From assembly GCA_964016885.1 (NCBI GenBank), contig OZ024745.1, forward strand, positions 51,894,001 through 51,958,000: 64,000 bases of DNA, written 5' to 3'. The translations under genes and the position numbers were made by a program. This DNA comes from Eledone cirrhosa (lineage: Eukaryota). The notes beneath the pieces are model-generated. The model was not told the origin of the DNA. It worked only from the letters and a program-made list of their open reading frames with translations, and did no database searches. Below, in pieces: positions 42,008 to 56,820 of this stretch (position 1 is the stretch's first letter; each line of letters starts with the position of its first letter).

Positions 42008-43221
42008 ACACTTATTCTTCACTTTCCTTAAATTATCCTCTTTACAGACTTCTCTTTCTGATTTACTTTCATTTTTAACTTTATTTTTAATTTAATTTTT
42101 TAAATTTTTACTTCACATCCACCAGTAACCCCCCCCCCTACTTTTCGACTAACCTAATATCTTCACATTCCACATTTTATTTCCCATTTTCTTTCACTAG
42201 CTTATATCACCGTCACTTGCGTTTACCACTCCAGATATATTCTGTTGTTTCGCAGCCGATTTTATATTTGTACTCATTTATTCATAATCTGTATCTATGT
42301 GTGTGAATGTGCGTATACGGTCTGTATATGTATACGAACGCTTCCGTATGTGTGCGTGCGTACGTATATATATGTGTGTGTATGTGTGTTTTTATATCTA
42401 TGTTTTTTCATATCTATGTTTTTTACATACTTATTTATACGTGTGTGTGTATGCGGGTGAATGTATGTGTATGTGTATGTATATGTGTGTATATGTATAT
42501 GTATGTATGGGTATGTATGTATATATGCATATATATATATATATATATATAGTCGCGTACGTACGTGTGATTAGATATACATGTGGCGATATATATATAC
42601 GTGCCTCGTGTGTGTGTATGTACGCATGTATGCGCTTTTGTCTGTACATATTTGTGTGTATACATATTTATATATATATATGTGTATGTACGTGCGTACC
42701 TATGTTTGTTTTCATTTCTCTAGTGTTAATTGATTACTTTCTCTTTGATTTAAAAACATTTTTTTCATTCGCATATATTGTTTCATTTTTATACATATAT
42801 CGAGAATGACACTTCTTTTTACTATTACACTCCCTTCCCTATTTATCTTCCGCATATAAGTGACCGCGCGTGTGTGTGTATTTATACGCGTGCTATCATA
42901 CTCGTATGTGTATTTAATACATGCATCTGAATGCGTGTCAACTATATTATCATATACTTTCTTTTTCAATTCATATTATATACGTATAGGTGGTCACATA
43001 TACACAAATATACTTGCCATCATATATGTACTTACGCACACATTTTCACCATACACATGCATTTGTACATACACACATATGTACATTTGTGAGTATATAT
43101 ACATACATATATACATACCCTAACTATATTTCTTTTTTTTTTATATATATCTTGCATTACTTTTATTTATATATTTTTTTCATTTCTTGAGGGGACTTTT
43201 CAAATATTTCACTATGTTTTA

Positions 43222-43299
43222 AATTGCCTTGTCCGACGAACGAATGAGGACGTTTTTCGTATTCGTCTTATTCGGGAAACCTCTGGTAATGAGGTAATT
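43222..43299 (+). ncRNA. Hammerhead-like ribozyme, U4C core variant
   Basis: aattgccttgt-CCGACGA-acgaatgaggacg(loop)cgtcttattcgg-GAAA-cctctgg-TA-atgaggtaatt; 11-bp stem I with G-U pairs. Confidence 0.72.
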
Positions 43300-43397
43300 A
43301 TATTGTATTGTTTTTTATACATTAAATTTTTCTCTGGTACTTACATAGAGCACTCTTCACTCCTATGTATTTTTCAATTTTCAACGGAAACTTCAAT

Positions 43398-43439
<42 letters not shown>

Positions 43440-43442
43440 GTA

Positions 43443-43576
<134 letters not shown>

Positions 43577-43771
43577 CATACATACATACATACAATATTT
43601 ATGCAACAATATGCCCCTCCCCAAGTATAACAATATATATATATATACATATTTATATATATATATTTACATAGTGGTAGAACACTGGAAGCTAATATCT
43701 GTAGTGGTAGAGCACTCAGTCCATAGGACGAGTTAAGTAGATGTCGCTACACAACAGTTAGTTCACCATAC

Positions 43772-43809
43772 CGAGAACAATTGTTTCACCTCAGCGGATC
43801 CTCAGCTCG
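43772..43809 (-). ncRNA. Minimal hammerhead ribozyme; second copy at 51964-52001
   Basis: cgag-CTGAGGA-tccgctgaggt-GAAA-caattg-TT-ctcg; partial inverted copy at ~43826-43848. Confidence 0.72.
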
Positions 43810-43847
43810 CAATCTGGATTACGTGGTGAGGATCCGCTAAGAAACAA

Positions 43848-43922
<75 letters not shown>

Positions 43923-43958
43923 AAACGAAAATTCAGTGATGCATCTAGACTTAGTTTA

Positions 43959-44050
43959 ATGTGTTACAATTGTTTCGCCGGCAGATAGCTGGAGACACGA
44001 TCATTGTATGGATCTGTCGGATTCTAGAACTGCGGGTTCTTCGGACGCAT
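43959..44050 (-). ncRNA. Hammerhead-like motif, U4C core, long stem II, downstream of a possible PLE endonuclease tail (~44150-44260)
   Basis: atgcgt-CCGAAGA-..ccgacagat..atctgccggc-GAAA-caattg-TA-acacat; upstream translation HESIEVRR..WQKIL. Confidence 0.6.
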
Positions 44051-44770
44051 GCAATGATTTCAGAGCAAATTTTCTCACTGGGGCGTCAGCTCCAAAAAAA
44101 TTCTTCAGAAAACATCTTCCACTCCTGTCTTGCTATTGGCTGTTGTTTTTCTACGTCATCATAAATTCTGGTCAATATTTTCTGCCACACTGGCCATCAG
44201 CTATTATCCGTTCGACGCACTTCAATGGACTCATGTTGGGTTTGGTATCTCACAAGTCCGCTCACACTCACAAATATATACTCACCCATACAGACACACA
44301 TATAAATACACATACACATACGCACACACGCAGACACATAGATATATATGCATACACATATGTACGCACACATATGTAGATACACATACCCATATACATA
44401 TACACACACATATTCCCTCTCTTACACACACCCACATACACCCACAACCACATACACACCAACACACACGTCTACTGGCGCCTCCCTAAGAATTAAGTTA
44501 TGGAGACACGCTTGCACTTTTTTATCACTTACACGTTAATTCCATGAGCAGATTTTTCCATTGGATGAACAACTGGAATGCTCATCGTTTAAATCAATGA
44601 CTGTCTATTCATTGTGGCGAGGAAATTAATACGAGACGAATATGCTATCAGGATTTCGAACGTTGGTCGGTGTAGTTGACTTATATAAAATATATTAGAA
44701 TCGATTATATGTAAAACAAAATTAAAGGCAATTTTCAAAAAATATCATGAACTGCTTTTATTTTTATTTT

Positions 44771-44930
<160 letters not shown>

Positions 44931-45474
44931 GGGAAGAAGACGCACGAGGTGGTAGAAGGTCATGAAATCGCTCCCGTAAGTTTTGAATTTTTAACATATT
45001 TAAATCATTTGTGAAATAACAACTCTTAGTACAAATGCTACGTAAAACATCCGGCTTGAGCCCCCCAAAAATTCGGACCCAAAATATATTGTTATAAGGC
45101 TCAAATATTCAAATATTCAACTTTGTATATTCAAAAAAGAAAATGGCTATAAATGGAAGAAGAACCCTCCCCCTCCTCTGTCTACACTATATAGAACAGC
45201 CAAACAACACCAATCTCACCAACACCAGAAACTAGATACACCACCTACCCCATCACCTCCCTGTGTACACTAAACACAACAGCCATATAACGGCAATTTC
45301 ACCACCACCACAACCAATCTCAACATAATAATGATAATAATAAATACTATTATTATTGTCCCAAGTTTTAAAAAATGTTTTAATCCCTACATTAAGGGAA
45401 TTTATGACAACACATATACGCGACTAACCCCATAGATTCACCGAACGGACATCAGTAACAACAACGCCGCCCAT

Positions 45475-45686
45475 CCATCATTACTACCACTATCCCATCA
45501 CCGCCGCCACCACTCCTTCATTGCTACCACCGCTACAACACCATCACTACAGTAATACGACCACATCACCACCACCACTGCCATCATTACTACCACTATC
45601 CAATCACCGCCGCCACCACTCCTTCACTGCTACCACCGCTACAACACCATCACTACAGTAATACGATCACATCACCACCACCACTG
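45475..45686. repeat. 106-bp tandem duplication (CAC-rich)
   Basis: ccatcattactaccactatcc... at 45475 and 45581. Confidence 0.85.
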
Positions 45687-46199
45687 TCTCAGTATCGCTA
45701 CCGCCGCTATTCTCTCCCATTGCTTCCTGCTAGTTGCTGCCACCACATTATAGAATTCCTACTAAAAAAGAGGAAGGCATCAAAATATATAGATAGACTC
45801 AAAAGAAAAAAGAAAAAAACATCAAAACCAAAGCAGCACAGCAACAACAGCAAAAAAAGAGAAAAACAAACATAGAAAAACAAAAACAAAAAAAAAACGT
45901 AAAGAAAATAAGAATGAAGAGAGAAACAAGCGGACGGACAGAGAAGAGAAGGGAAAAACTAAGGCAGACATTCGAACACTACATTACAATGAAACTTATG
46001 CTTATTCATTTTTGGGGTTTTTTCTGCCTGTGTGTTTGTTTGTTTATTTGTGTTCGTCTACAGCGTGGTGATAATGCCACACAAGAGCCAAGTGGAGCGG
46101 CGCAACCACCGGAGACGGTGAATCCACAGATGGTTATGTAACCATACATTCGCCAATCCTCGATAAGAGTGTTTAAATATCGAACCTAAACAGTTCGAA

Positions 46200-49100
46200 T
46201 AACGGTGAAATGGAGACTAGAACGTCATGTGACAGACTCTCACCCAACAGGTAATCCCTGGCTCAGCAGCAGGAACCTGGCTGTCAACCAAATACTGCTG
46301 GTATCGGAGGAAGAAGAAGAAGGAAAGGGACCAGAACCAACTGGACGAAAGAATTGAATAGAACTGTCATGCAATGTTACCTGAAAAGTAACCCCATGGA
46401 GAGGGGCTATAGGAGACGGATGCATAACATCTGGAACGAGATTGGTCTATTTAAATTAGATGAACAAAAATTGGCCGGGCAGGCTCGGGTAATAAGAACT
46501 AATGGGTGGTTAAGCGAGCTGGAACTGGAGGAACTGAGCAGGGAGATTAGCTTGGAGATGGAGAGTGGAGTATGCCAGGCAAACGAGCCAGTGGGAAATG
46601 AAGGTGAAGAGGTCGAGAGAACGGAGGAACCACCCGAAGCAGACAATGATCTCAATACTGAGATAAATAATACCTGGAACAGAGATACGGCCACTAAGGA
46701 GATGAATGCTGACGGGCTAGGACAAGATTCGGTTGACATCCTAAATTTAGTGGTAGATGAATTGAACAATGATGGTGGGAGACCTATGAACCTAAGATTT
46801 GTAGACAGGAAAAAGTTAAAAGAAACAACAGCTAAGGTGAACAAAGTCATCCCATACCTTCAGGCGAGGAGCCCTCACCAGTGCAACAATATCCTCAAAG
46901 CAACAGCAAATACGGTGAGGAAACTACTTGGTATAAAAGCGAGAGGAAACAACAGACAAGAAAGAGCAGAGCCTTGGTGGAAGAAACGACTGGTTGGTCA
47001 AATCAGGGAAATGAGAGATGACATTGGAAAGCTTGAGTCACTATTGAATGGGACACTAAAAAACAGAGGCACTAAAAATAGACTGGAAATAAAGTACAAA
47101 ACTAGGAGGAAATAGCTAAATATTATCATAGAGGAACTGAAGCAACGCATTGTAGCAAAAAGTGCAAAAATCAGGCGATACGAGAACAGAGTCAGTCAGT
47201 ATAAACAGAACCGCATGTTCGACAACAACCAGAAGACGCTGTTTGGACAGCTTGAGGGGAAAGAAAGAGGCAACGAATTGATCCCTGAGGCGGAACAAAC
47301 TAAAACATTCTGGAGAGGAATATGGGAGCAGGATGTTAGACATAATGACCAGACAGGGTGGATTGAGACAGTACAGAGGGAGATCGGTGAGCAGGCACAC
47401 CAACAAACTGATTTGAGTATCACAGTTGAAACTCTTAAGGGGCAAGACAAAAAGCTAACCAACTGGAAATCACCAGGCCCAGATGGTGTGCAGGGGTATT
47501 GGATTAAAAATTTAACATCCCTCCACCCGAAACTGACAACCATGTTCAATGACTGCTTGATGTCAGGTGAGGTACCAGAGTGGTTGACAGAAGGTACCAC
47601 AGTTCTGATAATGAAAGAGCGAATCAAGGGTAATGATGTTACCAACTATAGACCTATCACATGTCTGTCCGTAATGTAGAAACTGTTGACGAGCATTGTG
47701 TCTGAGGAAATCCACACAAACAACTTGTTACCGGACGAACAGAAAGGATGCCGAAAGAAGTCACGTGGTACAAAGGACCACTTACTTATTGATAAGATGG
47801 TAATGGGGAATTGCAGGAGGAGACACACTGATCTTGCCATGGGATGGATAGACTACAGAAAGGCATTTGACATCAAGAGAGGTATCTTCCAGGGAGATAG
47901 CCTGTCCCCTCTGTTGTTTGTCCTTGCCCTGATGACCCTGACCATTATGCTGCGAAATGTGAGAGCAGGATACAAGTTGGGAAAGGGAGAGCTTACCATC
48001 AATCAACTCCTCTTCATGGACGATCTTCAGCTCTTCGGGAAGAGTGAGAAGGAGTTGGATGTGCTTGTTGACACTGTCCGTATTTTCAGCAGTGATATAT
48101 GTATGCAATTTGGTATTAGTAAGTGTGGATTCATTGTGATGAAGAGGGGTAGATGAGCAGAAGTAACGGAATCCAGATACCAACAGGTGAAATGCTAAAG
48201 GAAATTGACACTGAAGAAGGATACAAGTATTTGGTTGTTCTGGAGGCTCATGACATCAAGAACAAAAGAATGAAGGAATTGATGAGATCTGAATACATTC
48301 GGAGAGTAAGGAGCGTATTGAAGTCACATTTGAACAGCAGAAATGCCATAAGCGCAGTAAATTCCCGAGCTGTGTCTATTATTAGGTACAGTGCGGGAAT
48401 TCTGAGATGGAATGTTGCTGAACAAAAAGAAATGGATAGGAAGACTAGGAAGCTATTGACTATCTACAACATGTTCCACAAGAGGAGTGATGTCGATAGA
48501 CTCTACTTAAGGAGATCTGAAGGTGAAAGACGTCTTATCAGCATAGAGGACTGTGTTCAGATGGAGAATAACAACCTACACAAATACGTGACTGATAGTA
48601 AGGAGCCAATGCTCAGAATTGTACTGAAGGAGAGGACAATAGACTAGGAGATGTCCAAGGAGGACCTAACAACAAGGAGAAAGAGCAGCCTTCATGAAAA
48701 ATCCCTTCATAGTACCTTCTTTGAGAAAACTGAATTCAGAGATCCACAGATATGGAACTGGTTGGAAAGAAGAGACCTTAAAAAAGGCTACAGAAGGAAT
48801 GCTAATGGCTGCGCAAGAGCAGGCCCTCAACACGAAGTGGTTGAAACACCATATTTACAAGGAGGAGGCTAGCCCACTGTGCAGGATCTGTGGAGAGAGA
48901 GAGAGGAGACTGTGGCTCACATTGTATCCGAGTGTAAACACCTAGCCCAGACTCACTATAAAGGCTTGAGACATGATGTGCTGGGCAGGGTGAACCACTG
49001 GCACCTATGCAAAGTAAACAATTTACCACATTCTGAGAAGTGGTATGAGCATAAGCCAGAGTTGGTGTTAGAAAACGATCAGGTGAAGGTGCTGTTGGAT

Positions 49101-49550
49101 TTTAGGATACAGACGGACAAGAAACTGGAACACAATAGACCTGACCTGGTGGTTTTGGACAAGGAAAAAAGATCGTGCCTCATTGTGGATGTGGCCTGCC
49201 CATTTGACACGAGAGTGCAGGAGAAGGAGAGGGAGAAAATTAACCGATACCAGGAATTAAAGTGGGAGGTAAAAAGGATTTGGAACTGCCATGACGTCAA
49301 AGTGGTCCCGATTGTCATAGGCGCACTAGGTACTATCTCAAAAAGTTTCCAGAATGGTTAAAGAAAATTGGCGCCTCCCCGCTTTTTGGAACGCTTCAAA
49401 AGGCATGCTTGCTGGGAACAGCAAGAACCCTCCGATACGTCCTGAATATGTGAGACAGCAGGTAGTGGCTTGATATTCATTTCAACAAACTTTCCAGTTA
49501 ACTAACATCAATGACTGAGACACAAAAACAATAATAATAATAATAATAAT
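46200..49550 (+). mobile_element. Decayed Dong/R4-like non-LTR retrotransposon (RT + restriction-like endonuclease) ending in (TAA)n
   Basis: N-terminal VMQCYLKS..GYRRRM..IW; KSPGPDG, NYRPITCL, EQKG, IDYRKAFD, RGIFQGDSLSP, FMDD, YKYL; CRICG..ETVAHIVSEC, RHD, RPDLVV..IVDVACPFD..EK..RYQEL; multiple stops, frameshifts and an RT deletion. Confidence 0.9.
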
Positions 49551-49850
49551 AATAGTAATGATGATGATGAATAAAGGAACTCAACACATTAGAAATGCGT
49601 TAATAGAAAATGAAAGTTAGTTTGTGTTTATATGGATTATAATCCTTCCGGCAATTTATTTATCACACTTTGTAAAAGTTAGTAAACTTATAGAAGAGTT
49701 TCATCAAAAATTATAAATGAAAATAAAATAATATGTAATAATATAGGTGATGCATGCCAAACAGAAAATAAATATCGAATTATATACAGACAAATTATAT
49801 AAGAAAATATCAAACGAAAGTCATATACAAATAATGACTTTCTGACTAAG

Positions 49851-49939
<89 letters not shown>

Positions 49940-49952
49940 CTCTCTCTCTCCC

Positions 49953-50062
<110 letters not shown>

Positions 50063-51689
50063 GTTGACCCCTCTTTCTCCTCTTTCCCTCTCCCTCATAA
50101 ACTTCCAAATCTTAATATTTTAATTAAATTAAAATTTGACAATTTAATATTGCTGTTCTGAGAGTTCATATTACTAAGTTATCGTTTTTAAATGAAGTAA
50201 TATATTTTCTATAGCTCAGGTTGGAGGAAGTTACAGCTTATTCACATTTAGGAAAACTTGTTAGAATGAATAGATTATAAAGCTATGTTTATATTTGCAT
50301 AAATATACAGACAAAACATTTTAATTTATGCATTTTAACGTAGGATTTGTATATATCGAAGAGTTATATCTCTCATTTTAGAATATATGATGGCAGGAGC
50401 GATAAACATAACAAATTGTTATGTCATATAATGGGATGAAAATGGTATATTAAAAAGAATAAACACTTTGAAGAAACAAGTGTAATGTAGAAATTTATGA
50501 ATTCAAAATGAAATGTAGGAAAAATCACAGGAGAGTATAACATATACATCTACAATGCGATAAAGTAAATATCGTAATTTTAATATGACGAGAAAACATG
50601 TTCGTGTGTACGAAACACGCTAGGACGAACAGTATATCAAATATATATTGATGTTTATGATTATGGACTGATAATTATATTGTGCGTGTTATCAAGTGTT
50701 AACATCATCGAGGTAGTATATGTTTCGCACATCGACTTAATTATATGGCTCTGAATTTTAAAACGAATACAATTGTAAACTATTAATTCAAACATATATG
50801 TTTAGGAATGTGACGGAATTGTACAAACAATGATGTTCTATCAATATGTATGAGATTATATGATGAAACAGTTCTAAATAATGCTGTGTATTCTAGTTGT
50901 AGACATTTAAATCGCTCTATGAAGATTGAATGTTTATTGTCATAGAAGTGTTGATAAACATTTATGGAATTAAGTATGTAGAATACAATAAGAAATATAC
51001 AAGACAATTACTAAGAGGACAGAAAGCAAATAAGAAGACATATATGGAACTGCACACTAGTGGAGAAAAGGTGTAATAAGGGGAAAGTAGAAACAACCTG
51101 CAGTTAACAGCAAAAATCGGCACTATGAATGAAATAGGATAAGGATATAGCTGCCTTACGTAGGACGTTGATTATCAGGCACAATACCAAATATGACGGT
51201 GGCAAGCCTGGCATGCAGGACATATATGTGTGTAAGCAGGGAAGGTGAGTGTGCAGAGAAGGTGTGTAATAAATGGCTTAAGTATATGATTAGCTGTGTG
51301 TACTGAGAAGCATCTAAACTTAGTCAGGGGGTAATGTAATTTATTTTATATATGTGTGTATAATGAAAAGTATTATCCGCCTACTTATCATAACGTTATA
51401 CTACAATAACAGGTAGGTTTTTGAGGTAACTGTTCCGAAACTGAAACTGAATTTCCCGGGAACGTGTTAATTATTGCCTAGAGAGGGTAATAAATGTTGT
51501 AAAACTGGGAAATGATGACAGAACACAAGCTTCTGGAGAAATTACACAAAATATATAACACATGCACACTATCCTCTTTCGTATTGAAACACGTGGGAAG
51601 TAAATGGTGTATTCTGAAAAGAGCATATCATACCGCTAGCGGTTGAAACTCACTCTTTATATATATATATATACAGAGAGAGAGAGAGA

Positions 51690-51793
<104 letters not shown>

Positions 51794-51897
51794 AACAAGG
51801 GGGCTAAAGGACTATTCAGGATAGTTGCAGCTTAGATACGTAAGTCAGCCCGACGACATTATTAAGTATAGAAATACAAAATATTGGTCTTATTCAT

Positions 51898-51931
<34 letters not shown>

Positions 51932-51963
51932 GAAGTGGTTACACAACAGTTAGTTCACCATAC

Positions 51964-52001
51964 CGAGAACAATTGTTTCACGTTAGCAGATCCTCAGCTC
52001 G
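51964..52001 (-). ncRNA. Minimal hammerhead inside a ~105-bp insert between (TA)n tracts
   Basis: cgag-CTGAGGA-tctgctaacgt-GAAA-caattg-TT-ctcg; same family as 43772. Confidence 0.68.
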
Positions 52002-52031
52002 TAATGGGCATGGTTATAGGAACAGGAAGAA

Positions 52032-52068
<37 letters not shown>

Positions 52069-53039
52069 CTGTCTATGCCCTCACATCATTAATAAACCTT
52101 CTTATTTCCGAAAAATAAAGTACCTTAAAAATCGATTATCATTTAGTATGTATTGCAATGGATGGTTAAGATGGAATGTAATTAATTAAAGGACGGAGCT
52201 AAACCCTAACACTTTAATTAATTGACATGCCATTCGTACCCAGTACTTCATACACATATAAACAGGAAGCCCTATCCCATTCATATATTGTCTTCCACAT
52301 AAAGATTTTAAAAAAAATCTATTTGATATATCAGGCATGTTTCTATTCTACGCTATGTTCATAAACATTAGCAAGTCGTTAGAGGCATTAAAATTGTCTA
52401 TTACTTGTACATATATATGTTAGTATTTATAATACTACTGTGATATAAAAACAGCAGGATGGGCTGTAATGTCTTTAAACATACGTCTTACAATTATGAT
52501 GAAATGGGGAGCAACTACAACCATTTTTTCTAAATGAAGTTCCACACTTTTGACACTAATTGTAAGAATCATTTGGAAAATACAATTCCACCAACCTCAA
52601 GTTCAACATATATACACCGTATTAAGAGAAGCTGTTAATAAATAACATCAACTATTTATGAAAATGGAACATAACTATGAATTTGAATTTACCAAACGAG
52701 CTTCTAACTTAGGCATGACCGTTAGCATTACATATCTGTTGTTCATAATTTGAAACAAATGGACGGCTATTGGGCACCCGCATGGTTCATTAATACTGAG
52801 TCGATTAAGATCTCCAGAGATTCGCCTGTCATATGTTAGACGGTTACGTGTCAAACTTAAGCTGAATGAACATATATGACTGGGATGCTACTTTGGATTT
52901 TAGAATATTTGTATAATTTCTAGGCATCATTTATAACATGGCAAAACCCAAAACGATATATATTTATATATCATAATACTGCATATCCATGTATACATAA
53001 GAGAGCATTATATAAATGTGTAATTCAAGCGAGTGATAG

Positions 53040-53177
53040 TGTGTCGCTAAATAGTTAAATCGTTGCGTTCAAATTGTGAGGTTGTGTATTCGATGCCTAG
53101 GCTGGACTGTGCGTTGTGTTCTTGAGTAAAACAATTCATCTCACGTTGCGCTAGTTCAATCTGCAGTAGAAACGAGT
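53040..53177 (+). mobile_element. Diverged SINE family B copy
   Basis: gaggttgtgtattcgatgcct...gcgttgtgttcttgagtaaaaca..tcacgttgc, similar to 10232-10342. Confidence 0.65.
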
Positions 53178-53373
53178 TTTGAAGTGATTATTTCCGTGTT
53201 GTAGTCAACGTTGCGTTGAATTATGTAATTTTTTGCGACTCACCCCAGCTCTCAGTTATTTTCATATTTCTGTAAGAATGAAGTGTTCATTCTACTGACA
53301 TGGCTATACAATTGAGGCTTGTTCGCATAATTGCGGACGAATCAAATGTTATTGTTAATATTCGAAAAAAAAT

Positions 53374-53574
53374 AGGACGGTGGATTGGCAGTATCGGTAG
53401 AGGGTCGGACGCCATGCTTTCCAGCATAGTTACGTCCCTTTACGATCTGAGTTCAAATCCATCCGAAGCCGCCGAGGTTGACTTTGCCTTTCATCCTTAC
53501 GGGGTCGATAAAATAAAGTACCAGCAATGCACTGGATAATTGCTGGCCTTGTGCCTGAAGTAGAAACAATTATT
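53374..53574 (+). mobile_element. Full-length SINE family A (tRNA head, conserved central core) with 15-bp TSD
   Basis: A box tggcagtatcgg, B box gttcaaatcc, core gcctttcatccttacggggtcgataaaataaagtaccag; ttaatattcgaaaaa on both sides. Confidence 0.9.
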
Positions 53575-53606
53575 AATATTCGAAAAACTTAGATTACATT
53601 TATGTG

Positions 53607-53656
<50 letters not shown>

Positions 53657-53804
53657 AATGGCTTTTACATGACTAAAACTGATTCATACAAATGACACAC
53701 TTCTAGAGCTGTAAAAGTCATTTCAATATTAAATTTCGTTGTTCTCACGCTAATATATTGAGTATCATATTTACCGTGTTGATTTCAGTCAGGTTCACCA
53801 CCTC

Positions 53805-53844
<40 letters not shown>

Positions 53845-54503
53845 CTATGTATATATATATATTTGTGTGTTGTGTGTGTGTGCGTGTGTGTTTATGTGCG
53901 TGCATGCATTTGTGTATGTGCATGTGTACCTGAGTTATTCAGTGTTTGAATAAATATTATTTTATTGTTCGTTAATTTTCTTTATGCCGGTTCGAAGATG
54001 TAACACTGTATAACATGCTTCTACCAAACACACAAACATTTACGCACATGTAAGCTGGTAGCACATTACTTGGATTAAATACTAGTCATTTTATTATAGC
54101 GCTACACCCCTTTACGTCATCAATTATTTACGTTTACTTTATATTCGATGCCAGTAAAATAATTAAATCCAGGAATATAATTGAAAATTGTTTTAAAAAG
54201 TCTTTTAATGGGCATTTATTGAAATAATGTTCGTTAATCAATCAGGAATTGTTTAACACAAATAATAGCGAATCAGCTGACACCTGAGATTGTGAAAATG
54301 GCATACGGACTGAGGAAAAATAAAGTTCAATTAGACAATTTGAATGCTACCAATTGGAATATGTTAGCCCAAGCTCTTTCAAAATCCCTATAGTTCAACC
54401 CACACACAGACATACATTCATAAATTCATATATACATGCACAGATATTCACACACACACACACGCGCGCGCAAACACATATACATACATACTTACAAACA
54501 CAC

Positions 54504-54592
<89 letters not shown>

Positions 54593-56040
54593 CGTGCGTG
54601 TGTGTGCGTGTGGATGTGTGTTTATGTGTGTGTGCGTGTGTGTGTGTGTGTGTGTTTATGTATTTATAGGCATTTCATGTCATCGATCATCTTCTTTTGT
54701 CAATAATTAAAATTTCATTCATTTTTGGAGAACGACATAATAAAGGATATTGATGTTATTTTCGTCTTTTCATAGGAATTACATTTTGTTAATAATCTGC
54801 GTTTCTATAAATTGCAACTAATTATGCTATACACAACATTCTCAATCGAGAGGAAGATAAAAAAATCAACATATCTTCTGAGATCAAATTATATTACATG
54901 CCTTCAAAGGATATTCAATGAGTAGTTTTCTTTCAATTCTCCTTTACCCACTACTTTACATTATAAATTCAGTAAGCCAATACAGATTATTGAATTGTCT
55001 TCGCCATGTAATGTTTTAATTAATATTTGTGTTGTTATGTTGATGAACTACCAAATCGTCTGTAATTAAAAAAAATAATAAAAGCTCTTTTATATTTTGA
55101 ATATTTGAACATTTTCGTCTATTGTTTATCACTATAGTGGCTTTTCAGTTTTTCAAAATAAAAGCAAAAATACATAATAAAATACGGAGAGAATTAAATG
55201 TATGGAAATCAATCAGGTAAAAGAAAACAGGGCAACAGTGATTAATTATAATTTGCTGATCGATTCTATAAAGAATACTATGATTACATAGATAACGCTG
55301 CATGTGTTACATAGACTTACTTAGTTCTATAAAGTTTTAGAGGCTAAATTTTGACCTAGATACAGGATTTAATATAAATAGGGGTTCCATGAATTATCAT
55401 ACAGCCCTTACTCAATTGCTTAAGCGATGTTGTAATAACCATTACCGCAATCAGAGTATCATGCACAGAAATATATCAGTCGTCATCAAAATTGAACTTC
55501 TAAACTGCAGCATGGTATATCGGAAACTAATTAATAGATCATGGGACAGGAACGTATTTCACACATCCAGGTGTCACATAATTCATTGTCCTTTAAGATT
55601 CAAACAACATTAAACAATTATGATTGCAAAATACATTTTTTCCCTTATCTATCAGTATCAGATGTGTCTGTTATTGGAATATATGCCGTAAAATTATATA
55701 ATAGCGAATAATTCAAAATAAATTTCACTGTCTTACGGTATATAAAAATATATTATTGAAATTACAAAAATATGCAAAAACCATACTCTTAACACATTGG
55801 AGAGTTTGCCTGTGTGAGAGAAAATGTGACATTCGCTTTTTCTCAGATATCATAAGATATATCCGGCCAAATTAGGGAATAGGTACTGTTTTGGGTAGTG
55901 GATCCTATGTAGTAAAACTGTACATGTATTTAACAATACGTTCCTAGTAGACCCGAATGAAAGTAGTTCATAGTTTTTCTATAGTGACGTAACGATATGA
56001 TTTGGAAATTTAAACATGGTGAAGACTACCATTCACCAGA

Positions 56041-56378
56041 TCTGAAAACGAGAATGAAGGTGACAGAGGATATGGTAGGGAGATAAAGAAATAATTGTTT
56101 CTACTATTTGGCACAAGGCCAGCAATTATCCCAGTGTATTACTGGTACTTTATTCACTCTTTCTGAAAACGAGAATGAAGGTGACAGAGGATATGGTAGG
56201 AAGATAAAGAAATAATTGTTTCTACTATTTGGCACAAGGCCAGCAATTATCCCAGTGTATTACTGGTACTTTATTTTATCGACCGTGTAAGGATGAAAGG
56301 CAAAGTTAACCTCGGCGGGATTTGAACTCAGTCCGTAAAGGGACGTAACTGTGCTGCAACGGGAGATAAAGAAATAAT
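56041..56378 (-). mobile_element. SINE family A with TSD (gggagataaagaaataat) and a 121-bp tandem duplication of its 3' end plus flank
   Basis: 56041-56153 repeats at 56162-56274. Confidence 0.88.
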
Positions 56379-56429
56379 CAATCCTAGTAATCCCTGTTCT
56401 CGACGGATTACTTATTTCCATCATCCGAG

Positions 56430-56820
56430 TCCCATGAAAGAGTGCATCCATCCATTGTGGTGCCTCCTCTTACGTTATGCAGTCAGAAAAAAACTGAATA
56501 AGGGTCTCAATGACGGGCCATGCCATGTTTTCGGACCGATATTTTCTTGGTCTACCTCTTCTTCACACGCACCGAAGATGATTCTGGACAATGATATGTG
56601 GCAGCATCCGTGACCGTACAAGGATGGTTTTCATCTTTTTTCCCGTTGCAAGAACTGTTTCCTTCCTGCAAATATATGTGGTGATTTGTTGTCTGAAGAA
56701 GCTGATTGTGACTACGCTGAGGATGAATGAAAGGATTTTGAAACATTTTTACTCGAACGTCATAATTTTTCGTTCTATGATATGTGTAATAGTCCCGTAC
56801 TAACGCCAATATAGGAAGAT
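56430..56820 (-). mobile_element. Degenerate RTE LINE 3' fragment
   Basis: Minus-strand remnants IERKIMTFE*KCFKIL...ETVLAT...RRGRPRKY. Confidence 0.5.

Larger units (their letters stand above)
40068..43398 (+). mobile_element. 5'-truncated Penelope-like element with ~1.5-kb inverted arms (40068-41567 / 41817-43322)
   Basis: Arms are reverse complements; GIY-YIG remnant at the centre; hammerheads at the outer ends; (TA)n and (CA)n flanks. Confidence 0.88.
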
